A DNA stretch of 64,000 bases, from positions 813 through 64,812 of the forward strand of contig JAJFLP010000113.1 in assembly GCA_021772635.1 (NCBI GenBank), written 5' to 3'. Below the pieces are notes generated by a model. The model did not search any database. It had not been told where the DNA came from and was given only the letters and a program-made list of their open reading frames with translations. Shown one piece after another: positions 49,924 to 60,023 of this stretch; the stretch's first letter is position 1; every line of letters begins with the position of its first letter. The DNA comes from Verrucomicrobiota bacterium. Its GTDB lineage: Bacteria; Verrucomicrobiota; Lentisphaeria; JABSQK01; JAJFLO01. A program made the translations under genes and the position numbers.

Positions 49924-50062
49924 TAGACCGTGGTATTTCTTCGTTTTGAAGTAAGTGTCTTTTTTAGACCGCACGCACTCGAATTTTTGACCAATAACAG
50001 GTATTATTACGCATGGGATTCGTAACGGGATTTGGTTCCGCATGCGGGACCGCGGTCATGAG

Positions 50063-50155
50063 TATACTGCAGGCAGTACAATTATTGAAAGCCTTCAAAC
50101 TTTCCACCTAAGGGATTCCGAGCGATATTTCAAGAACTCAATGGCGCTGGGTATA
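50063..50155. mobile_element. Family A element
   Basis: TATACTGCAGGCAGTACAATT ... GGCGCTGGGTATA. Confidence 0.7.
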
Positions 50156-50194
50156 CAACCCGCTACATTTTCCGATTTCTACTTACTTGAGACT

Positions 50195-51169
50195 ATGGGA
50201 CTATTCACAAAAGACATTCACCCTTTGGAAGCGTACGTTCAAGGCGGGTTTCTTTGCTCGAAATGCAAAAAATTCATTGAGCTCGAAGGTTTACATCCGC
50301 TTGAAATGGGCCGCTGTCCGTATTGCGATACGCCGAACTTCATACCACAACGTATAAGCCAGTTTTGGTTATTTTACCCGCTTGGCGGCGGTGGTATGGG
50401 TGCGGTTTACAAGGCATATCATGAGGACGTCCGTGACGAGTTCTTCGCCGTAAAAGTACTCCCTCGGGAAAAAAAGACAGACCCGGAACTAATAGAGAAT
50501 CTTCAGTTGGAAGCTACCACGGTCACAGCGCTTGGATCACATCCGTGCATAATTGGCGGCATTGAGACGGGTTTCGAGGATGGCGAACACTATCTCGCGA
50601 CACAGTTCATTTCCGGCGAACGCCTGGACAAAAGAATCGATCGCCTCGGGAAACTGCCGGAGTTTGAAGTGGTCTCTATCGCCCTTCGCCTATTATCCGC
50701 GGAAGCGCATATTTACAACCAGGGTTTTCTCTTCCGCGATATGAAACCTGAGAACGTCATGATCACAGAGAAAAATGGTGCGTATCTTTATGACTACGGG
50801 ATTTGCCTCGACGTTGAAGAGGCGCAGAATCAGGCGGGGGATTATGTTGAGGGATCGCCGTTTTACATGCCGCCTGAACGCTTGTCCGGCGGCACCGAAG
50901 GAGCATATAGCGAAATCTACAGCCTCGGGATGGTACTTTATAATACCCTCGCGGGGAAAACATACTTCTCTGCAAAAGAGTTGAAGGAATTGGCCCGCAA
51001 GTTGGTGCAATCGGTGCGGTTGTCGAATATGGACAGCAAAATGAAAGCGATCACTCCGGAGCTCGCCATGATTATTGATAAAATGATTAAACGTGATCCA
51101 GAGAAGCGGTACCAGAATTTTGCGGACGTGGAAAAGGACTTCATTATATTTTTAAATGGGCAATTTTAA
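50195..51169 (+). CDS. Hanks-type Ser/Thr kinase with N-terminal Zn ribbon
   Basis: CSKC...CPYC; LGGGGMGAVY, AVK, RDMKPEN, DYG, GSPFYMPPE. Confidence 0.9.
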   Translation: MGLFTKDIHPLEAYVQGGFLCSKCKKFIELEGLHPLEMGRCPYCDTPNFIPQRISQFWLFYPLGGGGMGAVYKAYHEDVRDEFFAVKVLPREKKTDPELIENLQLEATTVTALGSHPCIIGGIETGFEDGEHYLATQFISGERLDKRIDRLGKLPEFEVVSIALRLLSAEAHIYNQGFLFRDMKPENVMITEKNGAYLYDYGICLDVEEAQNQAGDYVEGSPFYMPPERLSGGTEGAYSEIYSLGMVLYNTLAGKTYFSAKELKELARKLVQSVRLSNMDSKMKAITPELAMIIDKMIKRDPEKRYQNFADVEKDFIIFLNGQF

Positions 51170-51174
51170 ATAAC

Positions 51175-51266
51175 TAGACTGCAAGCAGTCGAATTTTCGA
51201 CGATCTCTTGCCATGGTAGGCAAAGATTTTAGAGAACTTGTCGAAAACTTGACTGGAGTTAGTATA
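51175..51266. mobile_element. Family A element (subtype B end)
   Basis: TAGACTGCAAGCAGTCGAATTTT ... GACTGGAGTTAGTATA. Confidence 0.8.
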
Positions 51267-51268
51267 TC

Positions 51269-52135
51269 ATGGCTGATACCTACGAATTTTCCTGCCCAAA
51301 CTGTTCCCAGGCACTGGAGGGGACCTACGATCATATTGGGTTAGAAACAGAATGTCCGGGATGCGGAAAGGCTTTTGTGATCCCTAACTTTCTCAATACC
51401 TCAATAATCGGTATGGAAGCAATTAAGGAGCTTCAAAACGAAGCATCCGATGAAGAGCTCGCGGAAGCCAAGAGGTCGAATACGTTCGTTTTCGAAACTT
51501 TCAGCGACACACAACTAGGCGACCTGGAACAGCTTGAGGGCAAGTTTCTTGACAAGGCGCGTAAGCTAAAGTGTAGAAACCGCTGGGAATACGCAATTGT
51601 CGCGGCGCTTTTAGACCATCGAATGGGGGATTTTCGTCAGGCCGTTAATACCGAATACGAGCAGGAACACCAAGGTAGCTGGCACCTGGGTCACGGTAAA
51701 TATGATACGTTTCTGAAAAAACACTGTCACGAATACTTCGATATAATCGCCGGCCTCGCGGGTATTCTCGGAGAAAGCCTGGATGCTGCGTTAAACAGTG
51801 GGGATCTCTCCGTGATCTTCCGGTTGGCGGATGAATTCCAAGTTCTCGTCGGACGTTTAACTGAATTTCATCAGGCGAATTTCAGCGAACGAGTGCCGCA
51901 CAACGTGGCGTATATACAGGTAAATGAAGCCATGATTGGTTGGGCACCGGAGATATGCGGGAGTCTGGATAAAGTTATTGTTAATTTGATGAAAAATTGT
52001 TCAAAAATGCGCGACTCATGGACTGTCACCCCTCAGATTTCTTTTGTCGGGACGTCATTACCAATACTGTTTAATGCTTCCGGGACGCTGAAGATCGGTT
52101 TCACGAAACCGCAAACCGTCCAAGCCAGTATATAG
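51269..52135 (+). CDS. Hypothetical protein with N-terminal Zn ribbon
   Basis: FSCPNC...CPGCG followed by a helical domain. Confidence 0.75.
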   Translation: MADTYEFSCPNCSQALEGTYDHIGLETECPGCGKAFVIPNFLNTSIIGMEAIKELQNEASDEELAEAKRSNTFVFETFSDTQLGDLEQLEGKFLDKARKLKCRNRWEYAIVAALLDHRMGDFRQAVNTEYEQEHQGSWHLGHGKYDTFLKKHCHEYFDIIAGLAGILGESLDAALNSGDLSVIFRLADEFQVLVGRLTEFHQANFSERVPHNVAYIQVNEAMIGWAPEICGSLDKVIVNLMKNCSKMRDSWTVTPQISFVGTSLPILFNASGTLKIGFTKPQTVQASI

Positions 52136-52215
52136 AAATATTCTTGTTATACTGCCCGCGATCTCTCTGCATAAGCCAGAGTCCAGGACATTCTGAATCG
52201 GGATTTAACAACAGT

Positions 52216-54186
52216 CTACTTCTTTAAATCCGCGATGATACGAGTCCCTTCTGAAACGATCAAATCGCTGATCAACCGATTCAACCGCGAAGTGTCGTTA
52301 ACCGGGGTACCTTCTGCCAGCAACGCCTGATCGTAAATCAGCGCCGCGTAATCCTGTAGTTTCTTATCGTCTTTGTTGTTTTTGTACAAACGAAGGATAA
52401 TACCCATTATCGGATGCTTGGGATTTAATTCAAGGATTCTCGTCGTTTTCGGCGCATCTTGGTTCATTGCGGCGAACATTCGCTCCATGTGCGGACTCAT
52501 TCCGAATTCGTCAGCAACCAGACAACTAATACTATCGGTAAGGCGTGTTGATATTCTTACATCCTTTACCTGGTCGTTCAGATTTTCTTTGAGAAATTCG
52601 ATAAGCTTACCAAATTTCTTTTCGTCTTTTGTTTTTCCCTTTTCATCCTTCTTCTTTTCGTCTGCATTATCGCCCGCGAAGTCCAAGTCCATATCTCCCC
52701 GGTCGATTGCTTTTAGCGGTTTTCCGTCATACTCACTCAAGCTCTGAACGGCCCATTCATCGACAGGATCCGTCATATACAGGACCTCGACGTCCTTCGA
52801 TTTAAATATTTCCAGGTGCGGCGAGCTCGTGACTGCGTCCCGACTGTCTCCCGCGAGATAATAAATTTCCTTTTGCCCGTCTTTCTGACGCGATACGTAG
52901 TCTCGAAGCGAAGTAAATTCGCCGGGTTCAGTTTTCGAGCTTTCGAACATGATCAAATCCTGCAATTTTTCTTTGTTCGCGAAATCAAAGTGTACCCCTT
53001 CCTTGAGAACTCGGCCGAATTCCCGATAGAATTTTAGATATTCATCAGGTTTCTTGGTCTTCAGCTCCTTGAGAGTTTTTAGAATCTTCCCGACAAGACT
53101 CTTTTGAATCTTATTAATTACCGCATTCTCCTGTAGGATTTCGCGCGAAATATTGAGCGATAAGTCGTTAGATTCGACGACACCTTTAACGAATCTTAGA
53201 TATTCCGGTAACAGATCCTTGCAATCGTCCATTATGAAGACGCGTTTGACGTATAGTTGAATCCCCTTGCGATCATCGCGCGTGTGGAAAAGGTCGAACG
53301 GTGCCTTACCGGGAATGTAAACGAGCGCCTTGAACTCCAGCGCGCCTTCGGCAGAAAAATGAATGACTTTGAACGGATCTGTATAATCGTGTGAAATATG
53401 TTTATAGAACTCGTTGTATTCGTCTTTTTTAATTTCATTTTTCGGGCGCATCCAGATCGCCTTCATCGAGTTCAAAACCTGTTCTTCGATAACGGTTACT
53501 TTTTCCGCATCTTCCTGTGGATTCCCGTCTTTATCTTTCGGTGTCTCTTCCCTGGAGACATCCATTGCAACGGGGTATTCGACAAAGTCGGAGAATTGTT
53601 TTACGATTTTACGGATCTTCCATTCTTCCAGGTAGTCTTTCTTCTCCTCCTGCAAGTGCAAGCTTATCTCAGTCCCGCGTGAGTCCTTCTCACAGTCTTC
53701 AATCGTATAGCTCCCGTTACCTTGCGAAATCCAGCGTGTCGCGCCCGCTTCCCCCGCTCTTCGAGTCACCAAAGTGACTTCATCCGCGACCATGAACGAC
53801 GAATAGAACCCGACCCCGAATTGGCCGATTAACTCGAGACTATCTTTCGACTCTCCCTTTTTTAACTCTTCGAGGAACGCCCGGGTCCCAGACCGTGCGA
53901 TAGTACCAATATTCTTCTCGACCTCATCGCGAGTCATTCCGATTCCGTTGTCGCTGATAGTCAAAACCCCGGCATCGGGATCAAGCGTCAGTTTTATTTT
54001 CCAATCCGGATTCTCTTCGATAAGATCTTTATTTGTCAGCGCCTCGAACCGCAATCGATCAGTGGCATCGGATGCGTTGGAGATAAGTTCGCGTAAGAAG
54101 ATATCGTGATTTGAATACAGGGAATGAATCACCATATCCAGCAATTCTTTGACTTCTGATTTAAACTTCTTTTTGCTCTTCGACAT
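52216..54186 (-). CDS. htpG: Chaperone HtpG (Hsp90)
   Basis: [37 protein letters not shown]. Confidence 0.98.
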   Translation of the reverse strand: MSKSKKKFKSEVKELLDMVIHSLYSNHDIFLRELISNASDATDRLRFEALTNKDLIEENPDWKIKLTLDPDAGVLTISDNGIGMTRDEVEKNIGTIARSGTRAFLEELKKGESKDSLELIGQFGVGFYSSFMVADEVTLVTRRAGEAGATRWISQGNGSYTIEDCEKDSRGTEISLHLQEEKKDYLEEWKIRKIVKQFSDFVEYPVAMDVSREETPKDKDGNPQEDAEKVTVIEEQVLNSMKAIWMRPKNEIKKDEYNEFYKHISHDYTDPFKVIHFSAEGALEFKALVYIPGKAPFDLFHTRDDRKGIQLYVKRVFIMDDCKDLLPEYLRFVKGVVESNDLSLNISREILQENAVINKIQKSLVGKILKTLKELKTKKPDEYLKFYREFGRVLKEGVHFDFANKEKLQDLIMFESSKTEPGEFTSLRDYVSRQKDGQKEIYYLAGDSRDAVTSSPHLEIFKSKDVEVLYMTDPVDEWAVQSLSEYDGKPLKAIDRGDMDLDFAGDNADEKKKDEKGKTKDEKKFGKLIEFLKENLNDQVKDVRISTRLTDSISCLVADEFGMSPHMERMFAAMNQDAPKTTRILELNPKHPIMGIILRLYKNNKDDKKLQDYAALIYDQALLAEGTPVNDTSRLNRLISDLIVSEGTRIIADLKK

Positions 54187-54414
54187 TATTACAGGTCCTT
54201 AATTTTATTCGGATCATCTTCTAGATCTCGATCGGTATTTCGAAAATCCGGTCTACAGTTCCTTCGCCGATATTCGAAAACTCGATTGCTTAAAGTCTAC
54301 TATTGCATTTCTTTTCGATAGTCCATACATGTATAATTTTTCCCGCGACAGTCAAATCTGATCCTAAAGATTTTCTCCGTCAACAACCAACCGTCCTGGT
54401 ACGGCCTTAGCATA

Positions 54415-55311
54415 ATGACAAAAGAACAATATTTGGATCCATCGATCCTGTCTAAAACCGACAACTACTTTCTCCTTGCCCGGACTATAGTGGAAGGGTT
54501 TATCACAGGTATGCACCGGAGTTTGTATCACGGATTCGGAAGTGAATTTGTTCATTACCGCAATTATACAGCGGGTGACGATTTAAAATATGTTGATTGG
54601 AAGGTGTATGCCCGGCTCGGCAAGCTTCAGGTCAAAGTCTTCCAGGAAGAGACCAATACGAATTGTTACATAGTGCTCGACACGAGTAAATCTATGGATT
54701 ATTCGGGCAGCGGCGAACGTGTCAGTAAATTGGAATACGGTAAGATTTTGGCTGCTTGTATTGCGTATATGGTCAGCCGCCAGGGGGATAACGTCGGATT
54801 CTATGCGTATGATAGTCAGTTGCGATCCTGTATTAAACCGGGACATCGAACCGGACAGGTCCAAAATATTTGCGGCGAACTGACTCGACTGCAAGCTCAT
54901 GGATCATGCGCTCATGATAAAATACTCGGTCAACTTGCTGAATTATTCCGGCGTCGCGGCCTGATTATTCTCATCACGGACTTTATGGAGACCGGTGACG
55001 GGTTTCGTAAGGCGATTCGGTATTTCCGAGTCTCTCACCATGACTGCATAGTTTTTAATATCCTGGACGACGATGAACTGAGCTTCCCGTTCGGTGATAC
55101 CGTGCGGTTTACAGACAGCGAGACGGGAAATGAGATCACGACGGCCCCTGAACTCGTTCGAGAACGGTATCTTAAAGCAGTTAACGCCTATTTTCAGGAG
55201 GTTAAGGACTTCTGCCGGGAGGATAATGTCGATTATAACCGCATTATGACATCGGCGCCGCTTGCGAAAGCGCTCTCCAGTTACCTTCATCGAAGGGAAA
55301 TGTTCAAGTAA
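54415..55311 (+). CDS. DUF58 domain protein
   Basis: GMHRS, EFVHYRNYTAGDDLKYVDWK, DTSKSM, ITDF. Confidence 0.93.
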   Translation: MTKEQYLDPSILSKTDNYFLLARTIVEGFITGMHRSLYHGFGSEFVHYRNYTAGDDLKYVDWKVYARLGKLQVKVFQEETNTNCYIVLDTSKSMDYSGSGERVSKLEYGKILAACIAYMVSRQGDNVGFYAYDSQLRSCIKPGHRTGQVQNICGELTRLQAHGSCAHDKILGQLAELFRRRGLIILITDFMETGDGFRKAIRYFRVSHHDCIVFNILDDDELSFPFGDTVRFTDSETGNEITTAPELVRERYLKAVNAYFQEVKDFCREDNVDYNRIMTSAPLAKALSSYLHRREMFK

Positions 55312-57284
55312 TGACATCATTCATGTTCCAGAATTCCGGGTTTCTTTTCGCGCTAGCCGCATTGGCTATACCAGTGGCCCTGCATTTGATTGACCGGCGC
55401 ATGTCGAAGCGAATTGTCTTCCCGTCAATCCGCTTTATACATAAAGCGCAGAAACTCCATTCGGGAAAGAGGCAAATACGCGACTGGTTGGTGCTTCTCA
55501 TTCGCCTCGGTATTTTAGGTTTGATCGTGATATTATTCGCTTCACCGATTCTAGGTCTAAAGTCGTTGTTCTCCGATACTCCAGCCGAAGAAGTCGTCCT
55601 GTTCTATGATCTTTCTGTAAGCATGGACAGAGAGAATTTTGAATCATTTATACGCACTGAAAGCGCGAAAGTCATTGAGGCGCATCCGCGGGCGCGGTTC
55701 GGATTCATCGGGTCGTCTGACAGAGTAATAAAACAGCTGGCCTTAACGGACGCTCGGCAACAGATTCATGATCAGATCAAGTCTCTGAGCCCCACCTTAG
55801 CGGCCGGAGATCACTTCGACGCGTTATTGTCGCTCGAAAACCTATTCACGCCGGGCGAAACAACGAAAAAATTTGTCTATATATTCTCTGATACGCAAGC
55901 CTACGACTGGAGCGCCTCGCGATTACCAGCTCTAAATATTGATGCGGAGTTCTTAATCGTGCGCCCCGGCGATAGTCGGTCGAATATGGCCATAATGAAG
56001 GTAATCCCGGAAATATTCGTAAAGGACGATACCCGTCGGTTGCGTGCAACGATTCAGGTTCACAATTTTTCGCTTAGTTCCAACAGCGCAAGGCTCAGAC
56101 TAACGGCTGGAAAAGACTCCGCTACGCGAGATATCAAACTACGCAGTGACCATAGCGAGAAGTTCGTGATAGATATCGATAATCTTACGTCTGACATCGT
56201 GGTTGCTGAAATAGAGGCGCCGGGAGACTATGTGCGCGACAATCGTTACTTTTTTTGGACAGGCCGGCGCGCCCCTATAAGAGTAGCGATCATCGCCGAC
56301 ACTGGATCTGATCCAGGAAAATCCGTGGAGGCTTTTTTTCTTAAGAACGCATTGTCGGTGTCCACGCCTGGAGAAATCGGATATGATGTTCACGTGGTTC
56401 CACCCGAGTTCATGTGGGATAATTCCTTAACGAGTTTTCATTGCATCTTCGATCTCGACACGGCGCACGCGTATACGGATATTGAGTTGGAGATCATAAA
56501 TGACTATCTCGAGAACGGAGGGACCATGGTACACTTTGCAGGGAGGAAGACCGCGGACGGGATCCTAAGACTGAATCAGGCGGATATTATTTCGTCACGC
56601 TTTTCCGGGTTTACGGGAGAGGTTAATCGCTTTCATTCATACACAATCAGCAGTATTGCCGAGAATTCCGCTATACTTTCTGCATTCAGGGAGGAAAAAA
56701 GCGATCTATTTCAGTTCCCCGTTTACAAATTCGCAAAACTTGAGCCTTCGAAGGGCGCCGTAGTATTACTTCGAATTCACGATGGAGATCCATTCCTGAT
56801 CCACGAGAAACGTTTGTCCGGCAGCGTGTTTATTCTCGCGACAAGCCTGGCGTCGGACTGGAGCGAATTTCCGACCTCGCTATCGTTCGTACCATTGGTT
56901 CGCCAAATCGTGGCATACGCACATTCCGGAGTGCGGCCGGGAATAATCGAATTGGCTGCAGGCGAAAATTCCAAGGAGAAATGGACTGCGGCCGGCCTTT
57001 CCGAGAATGCCGAGGTTCCGACCCAGCCAGGGGTCTACCTAATCGAGAATATACCGGTCGAACTCAACACGACCCGCGTCGAATCCGACCTGCGACCACT
57101 AAATGAGTACGAAGTTACCAACCGCTTGTCGGGAACCGGAAGTGCGGACAGGGGCACGACAACTTCGGGAATCGCGCCGCAACAGAACCGGTCGCTTCAG
57201 AAGCCGATCGCTTGGGCATTGCTTATTTTCTTCGTTTCAGAACTACTGATATCTAACCGGACGAGACAGGGAAAAATCGTCTAG
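55311..57284 (+). CDS. BatA/VWA domain membrane protein
   Basis: FQNSGFLFALAALAIPVALHL BatA N-terminus; DLSVSM, FSD; C-terminal ESDL and TM helix. Confidence 0.88.
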   Translation: MTSFMFQNSGFLFALAALAIPVALHLIDRRMSKRIVFPSIRFIHKAQKLHSGKRQIRDWLVLLIRLGILGLIVILFASPILGLKSLFSDTPAEEVVLFYDLSVSMDRENFESFIRTESAKVIEAHPRARFGFIGSSDRVIKQLALTDARQQIHDQIKSLSPTLAAGDHFDALLSLENLFTPGETTKKFVYIFSDTQAYDWSASRLPALNIDAEFLIVRPGDSRSNMAIMKVIPEIFVKDDTRRLRATIQVHNFSLSSNSARLRLTAGKDSATRDIKLRSDHSEKFVIDIDNLTSDIVVAEIEAPGDYVRDNRYFFWTGRRAPIRVAIIADTGSDPGKSVEAFFLKNALSVSTPGEIGYDVHVVPPEFMWDNSLTSFHCIFDLDTAHAYTDIELEIINDYLENGGTMVHFAGRKTADGILRLNQADIISSRFSGFTGEVNRFHSYTISSIAENSAILSAFREEKSDLFQFPVYKFAKLEPSKGAVVLLRIHDGDPFLIHEKRLSGSVFILATSLASDWSEFPTSLSFVPLVRQIVAYAHSGVRPGIIELAAGENSKEKWTAAGLSENAEVPTQPGVYLIENIPVELNTTRVESDLRPLNEYEVTNRLSGTGSADRGTTTSGIAPQQNRSLQKPIAWALLIFFVSELLISNRTRQGKIV

Positions 57285-57318
57285 CCGCACGGATTAGCCG
57301 TAGGGGAACGTGTTGATC

Positions 57319-58356
57319 ATGACCTCGCAACAGCAAAAAAAAATCGTCGTTAATTTCGCGGAAAGCCTTGGCTTCGATATCGTTAGAGTTGCCTGTCCGA
57401 ACTTACCACAACAGCACGAAGCGACATTCGCACGCTGGATTGAGGAGGGGCAGCATGGGGATATGGATTATCTTGCAAGACGACTTAGAGAGGACAGAAC
57501 CATCGAAGATATCTTGCCCGGCGTGAAAAGCGTTATCTCGTTAGGCGTAAATTATTTCAGACCCGAAGAACGGTCGCGAAAAAACAGTGAAGGCTGGGTG
57601 AGCCGATACGCGACGACGCGTGATTATCATAAGGTTATTAAGAAAAAATTGATCGATTTAAGCCGGTTTATATCCGCCGAGTTTAGTGCTAACTCTAAGC
57701 CCTACGTTGATACCGGCCCGATTTTAGAACGTGCATATGCAGACTCCAGCGGTATCGGTTACATCGGGAAAAACACCTGTGTCATAACGGAAGACTTCGG
57801 TTCCTGGGTGTTTCTCGCTGAGGTATTAACGACATTGGATCTGCCGCATGACAAAATTGATACGAAAATTAACTGCGGCACATGCAGGCGCTGTATCGAC
57901 AAATGCCCGACCAACGCAATCAACGAAGATAGAACGATCGATGCGCGAAAGTGTATTTCATACCTAACCATAGAAAACAAAGGCGCGATTCCGATTGAAT
58001 TGAGGGATCTGGTCGGCGGGTGGTTGTTTGGATGCGATATTTGCCAGGAAGTATGCCCCCACAATATCCGGGCGGTACCTGCGAAGTTAGTTGACTTTAA
58101 TAAGATACGAATCAAGGATCGGCTCATTCCGCTGGCTGAGATATTAGGATTAAAGACAGACGCCGACTTCCTTCAGAAATTCGCGGGAACTCCCATCATG
58201 CGCGCAAAACGACGGGGACTGATAAGAAATGCGTGTGTCGTCGCCGGAAATTCCGGGCAGAAAGCGCTTATCCCAGCTCTCGAAACAGTCGCTTGTGAAG
58301 CCGACGAAATGCTCAAAGAACACGCGAACTGGGCGATCGAAAAACTTTCGAATTAA
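57319..58356 (+). CDS. queG: Epoxyqueuosine reductase
   Basis: RDYH, VDTGPILER, CGTCRRCIDKCPT, CISYLTIE, GCDICQEVCP. Confidence 0.96.
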   Translation: MTSQQQKKIVVNFAESLGFDIVRVACPNLPQQHEATFARWIEEGQHGDMDYLARRLREDRTIEDILPGVKSVISLGVNYFRPEERSRKNSEGWVSRYATTRDYHKVIKKKLIDLSRFISAEFSANSKPYVDTGPILERAYADSSGIGYIGKNTCVITEDFGSWVFLAEVLTTLDLPHDKIDTKINCGTCRRCIDKCPTNAINEDRTIDARKCISYLTIENKGAIPIELRDLVGGWLFGCDICQEVCPHNIRAVPAKLVDFNKIRIKDRLIPLAEILGLKTDADFLQKFAGTPIMRAKRRGLIRNACVVAGNSGQKALIPALETVACEADEMLKEHANWAIEKLSN

Positions 58357-58564
58357 GGGGTGCTTACAAGGGGTAAAATTTGTTTAATAAAAAAATTGTA
58401 TTTAATAGAGGTGATTGTACTATTAGTGAATTCTCGGCACCGGCTGTTTTGTTCTCTTGAACATACGCCAAAGTTCCGGTGGCAGAGAGGGTCTGATTAT
58501 GTTCCAAAATCGGGATCATTATTGACATAAAAAGATTAAAAATATTTGTAATAAGGAGTTTCGT

Positions 58565-59980
58565 ATGACGCCCCAAGAAGTAATTAAGTTGATGGAAGAA
58601 CAGTCCATAAAGTTTGTCGATTTCAAGTTTCAAGATTTCCCGGGAACATGGCAGCATTTCTCCGTCCCGGCACACACCTTCGATGAGGACACCTTTGAAG
58701 ACGGTCTTGGGTTCGACGGATCCAGCATTCGAGGCTGGAAAGCAATCAACGAGAGTGACATGCTGGTGATGCCTGATCCGGAAACCGCTTTCGTCGATCC
58801 GTTTCTTAGCAGCCCGACACTGTCGCTTACCTGTTCAATCGTCGATCCGATTACGAAACAGCCATATACAAGGGATCCACGGAACGTTGCGCGAAAATGC
58901 GCGGAGTACGTCAAGTCAACCGGGATAGCCGACGCGGTCTTCTTCGGCCCGGAAGCCGAGTTCTTCGTTTTCGACAACGTGAGGTACGCACAGGAGGCGC
59001 ACTATGCGCTTTACGAAGTGGATTCCGCAGAAGGGATTTGGAATTCTGATGCAAACGGAGGAGAACCGAACCTGGGCCATCGTCCAAGACATAAAGAGGG
59101 CTACTTCCCGGTGCCACCAGTTGATTCGCTTCAGGATCTACGCTCGGAAATGGTAACAACGCTGCTTGAAGTTGGCGTCGACATTGAGGCACATCATCAC
59201 GAGGTAGCAACAGCAGGCCAATGTGAGATCGATATGCGATTTGAAGAACTTTTACGCATGGCGGATCAGTTGATGATATATAAATACATCGTTAAAAACG
59301 TCGCGAAAAAGTTCGGTAAGACGGCAACGTTCATGCCGAAACCTGTCTACGGAGATAACGGTTCCGGAATGCATGTACACTCCAGTTTGTGGAAAGACGG
59401 CGCGCCGTTGTTTGCAGGAGACGGATATGCCGGTCTCTCGGAAACAGGGTTACACTACATAGGCGGAATACTAAAGCACGCCCCTGCCTTGATCGCTTTC
59501 TGTGCGCCGACAACGAATTCCTACAAACGACTCGTACCCGGATTCGAAGCACCTGTAAACCTGGCTTACTCGCAAAGAAATCGTAGTGCAGCGGTTCGCA
59601 TACCGATGTATTCGCCGAATCCCAAGTCAAAGCGAGTCGAGTTCCGGTGTCCGGATGCTTCTTGCAACCCCTACTACGCGTTTTCTGCAATCGCGATGGC
59701 CGGGATGGATGGTATTCTTAATAAAATCGATCCAGGCGCGCCAATGGACAAGGATCTCTACGATCTTGCTCCGGAGGAACTCGAAAATATTCCACAAGTT
59801 CCCGGTTCCCTGGAAGGCGCGATCGCCGCGTTGGAAAATGACCATGAGTTCCTTCTTAAGGGGGACGTATTTACTGAAGACGTCATTGAGACGTGGATAA
59901 GCTATAAGACTGAAACCGAAATAGAACCGTTGCGTCTGCGCCCGCACCCGTACGAATTCTACCTTTACTACGACTGCTAG
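58565..59980 (+). CDS. glnA: Glutamine synthetase type I
   Basis: [41 protein letters not shown] adenylylation site. Confidence 0.98.
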   Translation: MTPQEVIKLMEEQSIKFVDFKFQDFPGTWQHFSVPAHTFDEDTFEDGLGFDGSSIRGWKAINESDMLVMPDPETAFVDPFLSSPTLSLTCSIVDPITKQPYTRDPRNVARKCAEYVKSTGIADAVFFGPEAEFFVFDNVRYAQEAHYALYEVDSAEGIWNSDANGGEPNLGHRPRHKEGYFPVPPVDSLQDLRSEMVTTLLEVGVDIEAHHHEVATAGQCEIDMRFEELLRMADQLMIYKYIVKNVAKKFGKTATFMPKPVYGDNGSGMHVHSSLWKDGAPLFAGDGYAGLSETGLHYIGGILKHAPALIAFCAPTTNSYKRLVPGFEAPVNLAYSQRNRSAAVRIPMYSPNPKSKRVEFRCPDASCNPYYAFSAIAMAGMDGILNKIDPGAPMDKDLYDLAPEELENIPQVPGSLEGAIAALENDHEFLLKGDVFTEDVIETWISYKTETEIEPLRLRPHPYEFYLYYDC

Positions 59981-60023
59981 ACTGCACGACAGTCTAATTT
60001 AGACAAACCTGTGAGCACTGGTA

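Noticed and set aside
54415..57284. DUF58-BatA without an adjacent MoxR ATPase
   Set aside because: MoxR could be encoded elsewhere; not informative from this window.
58400..58560. Sigma-54 or NtrC sites upstream of glnA
   Set aside because: No candidate has convincing spacing.
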